From positions 2,073 to 66,072 of the forward strand of contig JAUNOC010000007.1 of NCBI GenBank assembly GCA_030531205.1: a stretch of 64,000 nt of DNA. Direction: 5' to 3'. The translations under genes and the position numbers were made by a program. Source of the stretch: Phascolarctobacterium sp. Lineage in GTDB: Bacteria; Bacillota; Negativicutes; Acidaminococcales; Acidaminococcaceae. Position 1 is the stretch's first letter; every line of letters starts with the position of its first letter. This document shows, one piece after another, positions 38,549 to 47,018 of the stretch. A model generated the notes under the pieces. The model was not told the origin of the DNA, ran no database searches, and worked only from the letters and a program-made list of their open reading frames with translations.

Positions 38549-39197
38549 TATGTGGGGGCTTTTGCTGGACTCCTTCTGGGAAACTATGTATATGGTTATC
38601 ACCAGTACAGTGCTTGCCACTGCCATTGGTTTGCCCTTGGGTGTTATTTTAACTGTAACCCGTTCCAATCACATTCTGCCCAACGTGGCGGTGAACAGTG
38701 TGTTGGGGGCAATAGTGAATGCGGCCCGTTCTACACCTTTTATTATTTTGATGGTAGCAATTATTCCCCTGACCCGTTTAATTGTGGGCAGCAGTATTGG
38801 TACAACAGCAGCGATTGTGCCGCTTACCATTAGTGCGGCACCTTTTATAGCAAGGGTTATTGAAGGGTCTTTGTTGGAAATTGAACCTGGTGTTATTGAG
38901 GCGGCACAGGCCATGGGGGCCAGCCCTATGCAAATAATTATGAAGGTGCTTTTGCCTGAAGCATTGCACAGTATTGTGTTGGGTATAACTTTGGCAATTA
39001 TCAGTTTGATCGGTTATTCCGCTATGGCAGGCGCTTTGGGCGGCGGCGGACTTGGAGATTTGGCAATCCGTTATGGTTATCAGCGGTTCCGTCTGGATAT
39101 TATGATAATTACGGTAATAGTGCTGATTGTTATGGTTCAGACCATGCAGTCCATCGGTGATTACGCCAGCAAAAAATTGAATAAGAACAAGTTATAA
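38532..39197 (+). CDS. metI: Methionine ABC transporter permease
   Basis: About 220-aa multi-TM protein following metN. The start is ambiguous (TTG at 38532 or ATG at 38550). Confidence 0.88.
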   Translation: MALSPDMWGLLLDSFWETMYMVITSTVLATAIGLPLGVILTVTRSNHILPNVAVNSVLGAIVNAARSTPFIILMVAIIPLTRLIVGSSIGTTAAIVPLTISAAPFIARVIEGSLLEIEPGVIEAAQAMGASPMQIIMKVLLPEALHSIVLGITLAIISLIGYSAMAGALGGGGLGDLAIRYGYQRFRLDIMIITVIVLIVMVQTMQSIGDYASKKLNKNKL

Positions 39198-39214
39198 TCA
39201 GGTGATTATATTTT

Positions 39215-39245
39215 GAAAAAACTCCGCAAGAGCGGAGTTTTTTAT
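39215..39245 (+). terminator. Rho-independent terminator after metI
   Basis: AACTCCGC aaga GCGGAGTT followed by TTTTT. Confidence 0.85.
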
Positions 39246-39253
39246 GTTATAAT
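39245..39253 (+). promoter_or_regulatory. Extended -10 element TGTTATAAT, 8 nt upstream of the prfA ATG
   Basis: Fits the TGnTATAAT consensus. There is no SD between it and the ATG at 39262. Confidence 0.5.
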
Positions 39254-39261
39254 ATTAAATT

Positions 39262-40314
39262 ATGATTGACAAGTTACAGGTCTTGGAAGACCGGTTTTTA
39301 GATTTGGAACATAAGATTGCAGACCCGGATGTTATTGCTGACCAGACGGCATGGCAAAAAGCCATGAAAGCACGTGCGGAACTGGAAGAAGTGGTGACCG
39401 TGTTCCGTGAGTATAAAAATCTTTTGCAACAGTATGATGATGCCAAATTGCTGTTGGAAGATGCGGATTTTGCTGATGTGGCGAAAGAGGAATTAAAGGA
39501 ACTGGAACCGAAGTTGGCTGATATATCAGAACGGCTGAAAATTTTGCTTTTGCCCAAAGACCCTAATGATAACAAGAATGTTATTGTGGAAATCCGTGGG
39601 GGTACAGGCGGTGAGGAAGCCGCTCTTTTTGCAGCTGATTTGTTCCGCATGTATAGCCGTTATGCGGAAGGCAGGGGCTGGCGGGTGGAAGTAATGGATT
39701 CCAATCCTACTGGCATCGGCGGCTATAAGGAAATTGTTTTTATGGTTACGGGGGATAATGTTTATAGCCATATGAAATTTGAAAGCGGCACTCACCGAGT
39801 TCAGAGAGTGCCGGAAACGGAGGCTCAGGGACGCATTCACACCAGTGCTGCAACTGTGGCAGTGTTACCGGAAGCCGATGAAGTTGATATTGAGATTAAA
39901 CCATCAGACCTTAAGATTGATACTTTCCGTGCCGGTGGGGCAGGCGGGCAATATGTGAACAAAACTGAATCCGCTGTGCGGATGACTCATATTCCGACAG
40001 GAATTGTGGCACAATGTCAGGACGAAAAAAGCCAGTTGAAAAACAGGGAAAAATGTTTGAAGGTTTTGCGTGCCAGAGTATTGGAAGCGGCACAGCGCGA
40101 ACAGCAGGACGCCACAGCAGCGGACAGAAAAAATCAGGTTGGCAGTGGGGACAGAAGTGAGAAAATTCGTACTTATAATTTCCCGCAGGCCAGAGTAACT
40201 GATCATCGCATTGGTTTTACCAGTCATAATTTACCGGCCATTATGAATGGGGATATGCAGGAAGTTTTTGATGCTTTAATCGCCGACCATCAGGCCAAAT
40301 TAATGGGCAAGTGA
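39262..40314 (+). CDS. prfA: Peptide chain release factor 1
   Basis: 350 aa. PET tripeptide (RVPETE) and GGQ motif ([11 protein letters not shown]). Confidence 0.96.
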   Translation: MIDKLQVLEDRFLDLEHKIADPDVIADQTAWQKAMKARAELEEVVTVFREYKNLLQQYDDAKLLLEDADFADVAKEELKELEPKLADISERLKILLLPKDPNDNKNVIVEIRGGTGGEEAALFAADLFRMYSRYAEGRGWRVEVMDSNPTGIGGYKEIVFMVTGDNVYSHMKFESGTHRVQRVPETEAQGRIHTSAATVAVLPEADEVDIEIKPSDLKIDTFRAGGAGGQYVNKTESAVRMTHIPTGIVAQCQDEKSQLKNREKCLKVLRARVLEAAQREQQDATAADRKNQVGSGDRSEKIRTYNFPQARVTDHRIGFTSHNLPAIMNGDMQEVFDALIADHQAKLMGK

Positions 40315-40447
40315 AGGTTTCAGGTGTGTGGGGGTTATGCGAACCCTTGTCCGCCACTAAAGGGGCGGGGGACCGTCTAAAGGAACATAGAAGGACGGTG
40401 GTGGGGTGAGCAATTACGCTGATGCTAATGAAAAGATAATTAAAGTT
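40315..40447 (+). repeat. Module Y copy plus the AT-rich left extension of the next element
   Basis: GGTTTCAGGTGTGTGG...GGTGGTGGGGTGAGCAATTACGC...TAATGAAAAGATAATTAAAGTT aligns with 22217-22404. Confidence 0.7.
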
Positions 40448-40641
40448 ACGGTAAGATGTTCCGGTGATTAGAACATTGGATATTGATGTGCTGGGTTCAT
40501 TAGTTCAGTTGGAGGGAGCGACCCACCCCGTCTTGCCCTTCTGTGTTCCTGTAGGCAATCCACCCCGCCCACGCCTGGGCGGGAAAATGCAGTTCGCAAT
40601 AAGCGTAGTTTTTTGTTTTTATCAATGGAACATATCACCAT
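40448..40641 (-). mobile_element. Complete 194-bp TIR-bounded non-coding element, copy F (core inverted relative to A2)
   Basis: The left end ACGGTAAGATGTTCCGGTGATTAGA matches the reverse complement of the right end, ATGGTGATATGTTCCATTGATAA. Confidence 0.7.
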
Positions 40642-40679
40642 AGTTTTAAGTTTTCCATTTTTAATTTTTAATTTATAAA
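40642..40679. repeat. AT-rich heptamer-like tract running up to the prmC ATG
   Basis: AGTTTTA AGTTTTC CATTTTT AATTTTT AATTTAT. Confidence 0.55.
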
Positions 40680-41561
40680 ATGACTTGGACTATTAAGAGT
40701 GTCCTAAATTGGACACAGGAATATTTTGTCAAACAGCATATTGACAGCCCTAGAGTAGATGCGGAAATTCTGTTGAGCTCAGTATTGCAATGCAATCGTG
40801 TGAAATTGTATGTTGAGCAGGACAAGCCCTTGAGTCAGCAGGAACTGAACACCATGCATGAACTTGTAGAACGGCGTGGCAGGCATGAACCGATTGCATA
40901 TATTTTGGGCTGCAAGGGTTTTATGCAGGATGATTTTGTGGTTTCTCCTGCGGTATTAGTGCCTCGTCCGGAAACGGAACTTTTAGTAGAAAAAGCGGCT
41001 GCGATTTTCCAAAATGAGAGAATAGAATTTTTAGATATCGGTACAGGCAGTGGGGCGATTGTTATCAGTTTGTTAAAACTTTTGCCCAATGCTTATGCTA
41101 CTGCTGCGGATATCAGCAGCGATGCTTTGGCGGTTGCCATGACTAATGCACAAAATCTTGGCGTGGCGGACAGAGTGAAGTTTGTCAAGACCGATGTATA
41201 TCAGGGGCTGGACAGTCAAAAATTTGACTTAATAATTTCCAATCCGCCTTATATTCCTAACGGGGATATAGATTCTTTAGATGAGGATGTAAAAAAAGAG
41301 CCCCGTCTTGCATTGGCGGGGGGCGTGGATGGCTTGGATTTTTATCGCCGTATAATTACCGGAGCAGATAAATATCTTACTTCTGATGGTGTGCTGGCAA
41401 TGGAATTAGGCATTCATCAAAGTCAGGCAGTAGCAACGCTTTGCCGTGAGGCGGGATATACTATAATTAAGGTCACTAAAGATTATGCCGGCATTGACAG
41501 AGATATTTTTGCGACTAAGGAACAGGGAAAATATGCAAACAAAATTTTGGAACTTAAGTGA
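40680..41561 (+). CDS. prmC: Release factor glutamine N5-methyltransferase
   Basis: 293 aa. NPPY motif (IISNPPYIP) and DIGTGSGAI SAM-binding motif. Confidence 0.93.
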   Translation: MTWTIKSVLNWTQEYFVKQHIDSPRVDAEILLSSVLQCNRVKLYVEQDKPLSQQELNTMHELVERRGRHEPIAYILGCKGFMQDDFVVSPAVLVPRPETELLVEKAAAIFQNERIEFLDIGTGSGAIVISLLKLLPNAYATAADISSDALAVAMTNAQNLGVADRVKFVKTDVYQGLDSQKFDLIISNPPYIPNGDIDSLDEDVKKEPRLALAGGVDGLDFYRRIITGADKYLTSDGVLAMELGIHQSQAVATLCREAGYTIIKVTKDYAGIDRDIFATKEQGKYANKILELK

Positions 41562-42528
41562 AAATAGTGATGATGTTTTTCAGCAAGCAGGTGCCTTGAT
41601 AAGGGCAGGGAAACTGGTGGCTTTCCCTACGGAAACTGTTTATGGGCTTGGCGCCAACGGCTTGGACAGTGAGGCAGTGGCAAAGATTTATGTTGCCAAA
41701 GGCAGACCCAGCGATAATCCTATCATTCTGCACATTGCCAAATTGGATGAACTCAATTCCCTGACCATTAATTTAAGTCCAATGGCAAAAAAGTTAGCTG
41801 AAAGTTTCTGGCCGGGCCCTATGACTTTAGTAGTTCCAAGAAGTAAAATTGTTTCTGATATAGTTACAGCAGGGCTTGACACGGTGGCGGTGCGTTTGCC
41901 GGGCAATGAGTATGCCCGTAAACTGATTGCAGCAGCAGGGGTGCCTATTGCGGCGCCCAGTGCCAATATCAGCGGCCGGCCCAGCCCCACAACGGCGGTG
42001 GAAGTTAAGGAAGATATGGACGGGAAAATTGCCGCAATTTTAGATGGCGGTGCCTGTGAGGAGGGCTTGGAGTCCACTGTTATTGATACTACGGGGACAG
42101 TGCCGGTTGTATTACGTCCCGGTGGTATAACCCAGGAAATGATTAAGCAGGTTATGGGAAATGTGGAACTGGACAAGGGATTGGTTGACAGTAACAGGAC
42201 ACCAAAAGCACCTGGAATGAAATATAAACATTATGCACCAAAAGCGGCTATGCACTTGTGCCGCACGGAAGAAATACTTTATATTTGTGCCGGTACGGCA
42301 TTGGCAAAGGCCTTGAAAGTTGGGGTGGTGGCACCATTTCCAATCGGAGGTTGTGTGAATAAAACCTATACATCTTTGGAAGACTTGGCTAATAAACTAT
42401 TCTATTTTTTGCGGGACTTGGACAGGGCAAAAGTTGATGTAATCTATGCTTTGGCAGTGCCGGAATGGGGACTGGGTCTGGCGATTATGAACAGAATGAA
42501 AAAATCATGCGGAGGTAGTATCTTATGA
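41533..42528 (+). CDS. tsaC: L-threonylcarbamoyladenylate synthase (Sua5/YwlC long form)
   Basis: ...VAFPTETVYGLGAN... and ...SANISGRPSPT... motifs. The ATG at 41533 lies within the longer track ORF. Confidence 0.9.
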   Translation: MQTKFWNLSENSDDVFQQAGALIRAGKLVAFPTETVYGLGANGLDSEAVAKIYVAKGRPSDNPIILHIAKLDELNSLTINLSPMAKKLAESFWPGPMTLVVPRSKIVSDIVTAGLDTVAVRLPGNEYARKLIAAAGVPIAAPSANISGRPSPTTAVEVKEDMDGKIAAILDGGACEEGLESTVIDTTGTVPVVLRPGGITQEMIKQVMGNVELDKGLVDSNRTPKAPGMKYKHYAPKAAMHLCRTEEILYICAGTALAKALKVGVVAPFPIGGCVNKTYTSLEDLANKLFYFLRDLDRAKVDVIYALAVPEWGLGLAIMNRMKKSCGGSIL

Positions 42529-42962
42529 AATTGTTAATGGGCAGTGACCACGGAGGTATTCATCTCAAAAAACATTTGGCAGAATATTTGAAAGCCAAAG
42601 GATATGAGATTATTGATGTGGGAACGGACAGTGAAGCAAGTTGTGATTACCCGGATTTTGCTGCCAAACTTTGTGGCGAAATTGGCAAGGGGACTGCTAC
42701 AAAGGGTATTTTGGTTTGTGGCACGGGTATTGGTATTTCCATTGCGGCCAACAAATGCAAAGGCATTCGTGCCGCCGTGTGCAACGATGTGTATAATGCA
42801 AAAATGAGCCGTTTGCATAACGATGCTAATGTGCTTTGTATGGGTGAAAGAACTATTGGTGTGGGTACGGCGGAATTAATTGTGGATACTTGGCTGAATA
42901 CAGAATTTGAAGGCGGACGGCATGCCCGCCGTATTGATAAAATAATGGCATTGGAAAAATAA
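42525..42962 (+). CDS. rpiB: Ribose-5-phosphate isomerase B
   Basis: 145 aa. ...GSDHGG..LK... and ...[13 protein letters not shown]... are canonical RpiB/LacAB. Confidence 0.93.
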   Translation: MKLLMGSDHGGIHLKKHLAEYLKAKGYEIIDVGTDSEASCDYPDFAAKLCGEIGKGTATKGILVCGTGIGISIAANKCKGIRAAVCNDVYNAKMSRLHNDANVLCMGERTIGVGTAELIVDTWLNTEFEGGRHARRIDKIMALEK

Positions 42963-42973
42963 GGAGGGAAAAA

Positions 42974-43432
42974 ATGGACAGACCGACATGGGATGAATAT
43001 TTTATGGAAATGGCGGAAGTGGCAGCCAAACGCAGTACCTGTATGCGCCGCAAGGTGGGAGCAGTAATTGTGAAGAACAAACAAATTCTTGCTTCCGGTT
43101 ACAATGGCACTCCTATGGGCTTGCCCCATTGTGAGGCAGTGGGTTGCTTGCGTGAACAGTTAAATGTACCCAGCGGCAAAAATCATGAACTTTGCCGTGG
43201 CGTACATGCAGAGCAAAATGCGATTTGTCAGGCGGCTTTTCACGGCGTCAGCGTGAAGGGGGCAACTATTTATGTGACCAACCAACCCTGTGTAGTTTGC
43301 ACAAAAATGTTGATTAATGCGGGAATTGAAAGGGTGGTTTACGCTAATCCCTATCCGGATGAACTGGCACAGGAGATGATGGGTGAAAGCCAAATGACGA
43401 TTGAGGTATTTAAGCCCAATGGCAAAAAATGA
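42974..43432 (+). CDS. comEB: dCMP deaminase (ComEB family)
   Basis: HAEQNA and [13 protein letters not shown] zinc-binding motifs. Confidence 0.9.
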   Translation: MDRPTWDEYFMEMAEVAAKRSTCMRRKVGAVIVKNKQILASGYNGTPMGLPHCEAVGCLREQLNVPSGKNHELCRGVHAEQNAICQAAFHGVSVKGATIYVTNQPCVVCTKMLINAGIERVVYANPYPDELAQEMMGESQMTIEVFKPNGKK

Positions 43433-43901
43433 GGATTTGAACGCTATTGCCCACGCAATTTATGAGGGTGCTTGTGAAGAAAAACTAAAGACCGTTGCTC
43501 AAAGAAAACCAAAGGATAACGAGAGTGATTATCATAATGAAAGTATACGGGGAAAGGTGGCTTTAAGCGGCGAAAATGCGGCCTGTCAATATTTGCAGGA
43601 AAGGGGGTTTGAGATTGTCAAACGCAATTACCGTTGTTATGTCGGGGAAATAGACATTATTGCCAGTCATAACGGTGCCCTGCATTTTGTGGAAGTCAAA
43701 ACCCGCAGCAGTGAGTTGTACGGACTTCCACGAGAAGCAGTAACCTGGACGAAACAGAGAAAAATCCGCCGTTGTGCGGAAAGTTATTTGGTAATGACTA
43801 AACTTATCAATAATATGCCACCTTTGAGTTTTGACGTAATTGAAGTCATTCTCACAGCAGGACGGGTGCAAAGCATAAATCATTTAATTGGATGTTTTTA
43901 A
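43419..43901 (+). CDS. yraN: YraN family (UPF0102) endonuclease-like protein with an N-terminal extension
   Basis: ...[32 protein letters not shown]...FVEVKTR... is the YraN core. The start is uncertain (43401, 43419 or further downstream). Confidence 0.8.
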   Translation: MAKNEDLNAIAHAIYEGACEEKLKTVAQRKPKDNESDYHNESIRGKVALSGENAACQYLQERGFEIVKRNYRCYVGEIDIIASHNGALHFVEVKTRSSELYGLPREAVTWTKQRKIRRCAESYLVMTKLINNMPPLSFDVIEVILTAGRVQSINHLIGCF

Positions 43902-43903
43902 CG

Positions 43904-43936
43904 AAAAAAGCCATCGGCATCGCCGATGGCTTTTTC
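43904..43936 (+). terminator. Rho-independent terminator after yraN
   Basis: GCCATCGGC atc GCCGATGGC followed by TTTTT. Confidence 0.85.
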
Positions 43937-43938
43937 GT

Positions 43939-43971
43939 TAATGAAAAGCTAAAAACTTAAAACTTAAAGTT
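43939..43971. repeat. AT-rich heptamer tract (TAATGAA AAGCTAA AAACTTA AAACTTA AAGTT)
   Basis: 7-nt periodicity. Shares the TAATGAAAAG...TTAAAGTT pattern with 22372-22404 and 40426-40447. Confidence 0.6.
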
Positions 43972-44198
43972 GTGGTAATATGTTCCTGTGATTATATTAG
44001 ATTACCCCTTCATTTTGGGAGGGGAGGGCCGATACTGGAACGTGGACCGGCGGGGTGAGCGATTATGTAGTGACAAAGTTTTCGGAGTAATCTGCACCCC
44101 CAGTCGCAACCAAGTTCCGAAAAGCGACAGCCCCCGCAAGGGCGGGGGCTACTTATGTTCCTGTAACTTGTTATATAATCACCGGAACATTTTACCAT
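43972..44198 (+). mobile_element. Complete 227-bp TIR-bounded non-coding element, copy G
   Basis: The left end GTGGTAATATGTTCCTGTGATTATAT matches the reverse complement of the right end, ATGGTAAAATGTTCCGGTGATTATAT (about 26 nt). Confidence 0.75.
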
Positions 44199-44232
44199 CT
44201 TTCTTAATTATGAATTCTTAATTCATAATTGA
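44199..44232. repeat. Heptamer tract TTAATTA TGAATTC TTAATTC ATAATTG
   Basis: 7-nt periodicity read directly. Confidence 0.6.
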
Positions 44233-44241
44233 AATTGCCCA

Positions 44242-45279
44242 TTATCTGAAGTAGCTGTTGCAGGCAACATAGGCCTTTGCCGGTAATGCTTTGTCTTTAT
44301 CCCATTGTAGTTTAATATGGTTGAGAAAGGCCTGAATTTGGGATTCAGCACAATTGGGGGCTTGGGGTGGGAAGAAGATGTCACAACATTCTTGTAACAA
44401 ATACACTCTTTCGTCAGCTATTTGCCAATCCGTTAATGCCCCAAGTAATTTCTTCCCCCGTTCACTCTCTAAGTTTTTTTCCGGGTCAAGGCCTTCTTCA
44501 GGCACAAAGACCTCAAACCCCAAACGGGAATCATACTGGTTGTCGGGCATTAAGTTCAAGCTGACTGTAATTTCCCTGAAGTTTAAATTAATCAAGTATT
44601 GTAGTTGTTCCTTCATAGATTTAGTCAAAGGACTGTGTTGAATATTTTTTAAAAGAGTTTCTATATCTTCTATTGAGCAGGGCAGGTGCTGGTCATTAAC
44701 AGAAATTTTAGTAAAGATAAGTTTCAAGGGTGAATCGGGTCTGCTGGGCATTAAACCGAGGTAGAGTAACTGCCAATCTTGTGGAAGGTTGTTAACAATT
44801 TCCTGCGCTTTTGCCCATTGGGGAGGTTCAGAACCTTTTATCCAAAGTTTGGAAAAAACAGTTTCAACACAATCGGTACAATCAAAAAACACCGCAGGAA
44901 TTTCCTGATTGCCATTGCCGGTATCCAATTCAACATAAACACTATTGTCTGCAGGCAACAACATTTGCAGATATTGGAACAGCGGTTGAATTTTTTTCCC
45001 CGGTGTGCTGTTGAAAAAATTATTGTGCAGATTATGCAAACTGTAACTGAAGGAAATATCCGTATAGGCAGTACCAAGCAGGGGAATTTCCAGCAGGGAT
45101 TGCTGCATATCTACCGGATTAGCCAGTTGAAAATCTTTGGCGGCTTCCAAAATAGTTGCAGGATTTTCGCCAAAAAGTTTTGCAACAGTATCCGCAAATA
45201 AACTGTTAAGCCAAAAAGCAAAAATGTCAGCAGTGGGAGTATTTTGCAATATATTGTTGTCAGTAATGTTAGAATTCAT
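44242..45279 (-). CDS. Hypothetical protein (345 aa), no family recognised
   Basis: Long ORF with GGAG 5 nt upstream of the ATG. It is the only minus-strand gene in the interior of the window. No motif I can assign. Confidence 0.6.
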   Translation of the reverse strand: MNSNITDNNILQNTPTADIFAFWLNSLFADTVAKLFGENPATILEAAKDFQLANPVDMQQSLLEIPLLGTAYTDISFSYSLHNLHNNFFNSTPGKKIQPLFQYLQMLLPADNSVYVELDTGNGNQEIPAVFFDCTDCVETVFSKLWIKGSEPPQWAKAQEIVNNLPQDWQLLYLGLMPSRPDSPLKLIFTKISVNDQHLPCSIEDIETLLKNIQHSPLTKSMKEQLQYLINLNFREITVSLNLMPDNQYDSRLGFEVFVPEEGLDPEKNLESERGKKLLGALTDWQIADERVYLLQECCDIFFPPQAPNCAESQIQAFLNHIKLQWDKDKALPAKAYVACNSYFR

Positions 45280-45427
45280 TTTATCTCCGCTCGCATAAAC
45301 TTTATATTATTATATCATTATCCTGTGCATTTGCAACAATAGCAAACTGACCAATGGCATGGTTTCACATACAAAGAAGACGATAATGTAATTATTTTTA
45401 TTAGGACCACAAAACCTTGGCATATTG

Positions 45428-45436
45428 TGGTATAAT
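45428..45436 (+). promoter_or_regulatory. Extended -10 element TGGTATAAT for comM
   Basis: Fits the TGnTATAAT consensus, 32 nt upstream of the ATG at 45468. An AAGGAGG SD lies between. Confidence 0.45.
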
Positions 45437-45467
45437 ATATAAAACAGAGTTAACTAAGGAGGGCAAA

Positions 45468-46988
45468 ATGTTTGCAAAAACATTAGGAGAAACCACAGTA
45501 GGCATTGACGGGGCGTTAATCACTGTGGAAGTGGATATCAATAATGGTTTGCCAAAATTTGATGTGGTAGGTTTGCCAACAACGGCCGTAAAGGAAGCAA
45601 GGGAGCGGGTAAAGTCCGCTATAACCAATAGTGGCTTTGTTTTCCCAATGGGAAACAATGTAATCAATTTAGCTCCTGCGGATTTGAAGAAAGATGGCAG
45701 CAGTCTGGATTTGCCAATGGCTATTGGTGTATTGGTTGCCAATAATCAGGGCATCGGTCAGGCAGAAGTTGATGATAAAATTTTTGTGGGTGAGTTGTCT
45801 CTTGACGGTGGAATCCGTAAGGTGAGCGGTGTGTTGCCCATGGTTATGGAGGCACAACGGCTCGGTTATAAAGAGATTTTTATTCCCGCTGAAAATGAAG
45901 CGGAGGGAAAACTTATTCCTGGTATTGATGTCTATGCGGTAAAAAATCTTTCTCAATTAGTTAATCATTTGCAGGGTGTAAGTCCCTTGATTCCTTTGCC
46001 CAAGAAAAATATTTTGAGTAATATGGAACGGGCTTATAGTGTGGATTTTGCTGATGTGAAGGGGCAGCCGGTGGCAAGGAGGGCTATGGAAATAGCGGCA
46101 GCCGGCGGTCATTCTATTTTAATGGTTGGCTCTCCGGGTTGTGGCAAGACCATGTTGGCACGGCGTTTGGTAACTATTATGCCACCTATGACTGAGGCAG
46201 AGGCCTTGGAAGTTACGAAAATTTATTCCGTCAGTGGGAAATTAGGCAGTGGCGGTATTATGCTGGAGCGACCTTTCCGCAGTCCCCATCATTCTACTAG
46301 TGCTAATGCTCTGTTAGGCGGTGGTACGGTCCCTAAACCGGGTGAGGTTACTTTAAGCCATAACGGGGTGTTGTTTTTAGATGAGTTCCCGGAGTTTGAA
46401 CGCAATACATTGGAAATGCTCCGTCAGCCCTTGGAAGATGGGGAAGTAAGTATTTCCCGGGTAAAGGCGCAAATGTGTTTCCCCAGCAAGTTTCTTTTGG
46501 TGGCAGCACAGAACCCCTGCCCTTGTGGTTATTTAGGCGATCCTTTGCGGCAATGTACTTGCAAACCTAAGGATATTGAAGGGTACAGGCGCAAAATTAG
46601 CGGGCCGCTTTTGGATAGGATTGATATTCAAATAAACTTGACACGAGTCGGATTTGATGAATTGCAGACGAAGGCGGCAGGTGAATCAAGTTCAGTGGTC
46701 AGGCAACGGGTTATAGCGGCAAGAAATTTGCAATTAGACAGATTGGAAGGTACAGGCATTTATTGCAATGCCCAAATGACCCGTAAGGAAGTGGAAAAGT
46801 TTTGTGCATTGGATGAGGCAGCACAAAAAGTGTTGGAAAAATATTTTAGTGCTTTACATCTTTCTGCCCGTTCCCATGACCGGGTTTTGAAGGTGGCGAG
46901 GACCATTGCAGATTTGGATAATTCAGGGCAGATTCAGCCAAAACATATTGCGGAGGCCATTCAGTTACGGACCTCCGTCAATGCCTAA
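45468..46988 (+). CDS. comM: YifB/ComM family Mg-chelatase-like AAA+ ATPase
   Basis: N-terminal Lon-protease-like domain, GSPGCGKT Walker A, VLFLDEFPEF Walker B. ATG at 45468 after AAGGAGGG. Confidence 0.92.
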   Translation: MFAKTLGETTVGIDGALITVEVDINNGLPKFDVVGLPTTAVKEARERVKSAITNSGFVFPMGNNVINLAPADLKKDGSSLDLPMAIGVLVANNQGIGQAEVDDKIFVGELSLDGGIRKVSGVLPMVMEAQRLGYKEIFIPAENEAEGKLIPGIDVYAVKNLSQLVNHLQGVSPLIPLPKKNILSNMERAYSVDFADVKGQPVARRAMEIAAAGGHSILMVGSPGCGKTMLARRLVTIMPPMTEAEALEVTKIYSVSGKLGSGGIMLERPFRSPHHSTSANALLGGGTVPKPGEVTLSHNGVLFLDEFPEFERNTLEMLRQPLEDGEVSISRVKAQMCFPSKFLLVAAQNPCPCGYLGDPLRQCTCKPKDIEGYRRKISGPLLDRIDIQINLTRVGFDELQTKAAGESSSVVRQRVIAARNLQLDRLEGTGIYCNAQMTRKEVEKFCALDEAAQKVLEKYFSALHLSARSHDRVLKVARTIADLDNSGQIQPKHIAEAIQLRTSVNA

Positions 46989-47018
46989 ATAGCGATAAAC
47001 AAGTGAAGGAGAAAGATT

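Noticed and set aside
39194-39211. TATAATCA gg TGATTATA inverted repeat at the metI stop, which resembles the inner ends of two element TIRs joined head to head.
   Set aside because: Only 8 bp per arm match, and the diagnostic ATGTTCC/GGTAAG parts of the TIR are missing. Chance occurrence in AT-rich DNA cannot be excluded.
46989-47018. T-box leader upstream of valS.
   Set aside because: Only 30 nt separate comM and valS, which is too short for a T-box riboswitch. valS is probably co-transcribed with comM.
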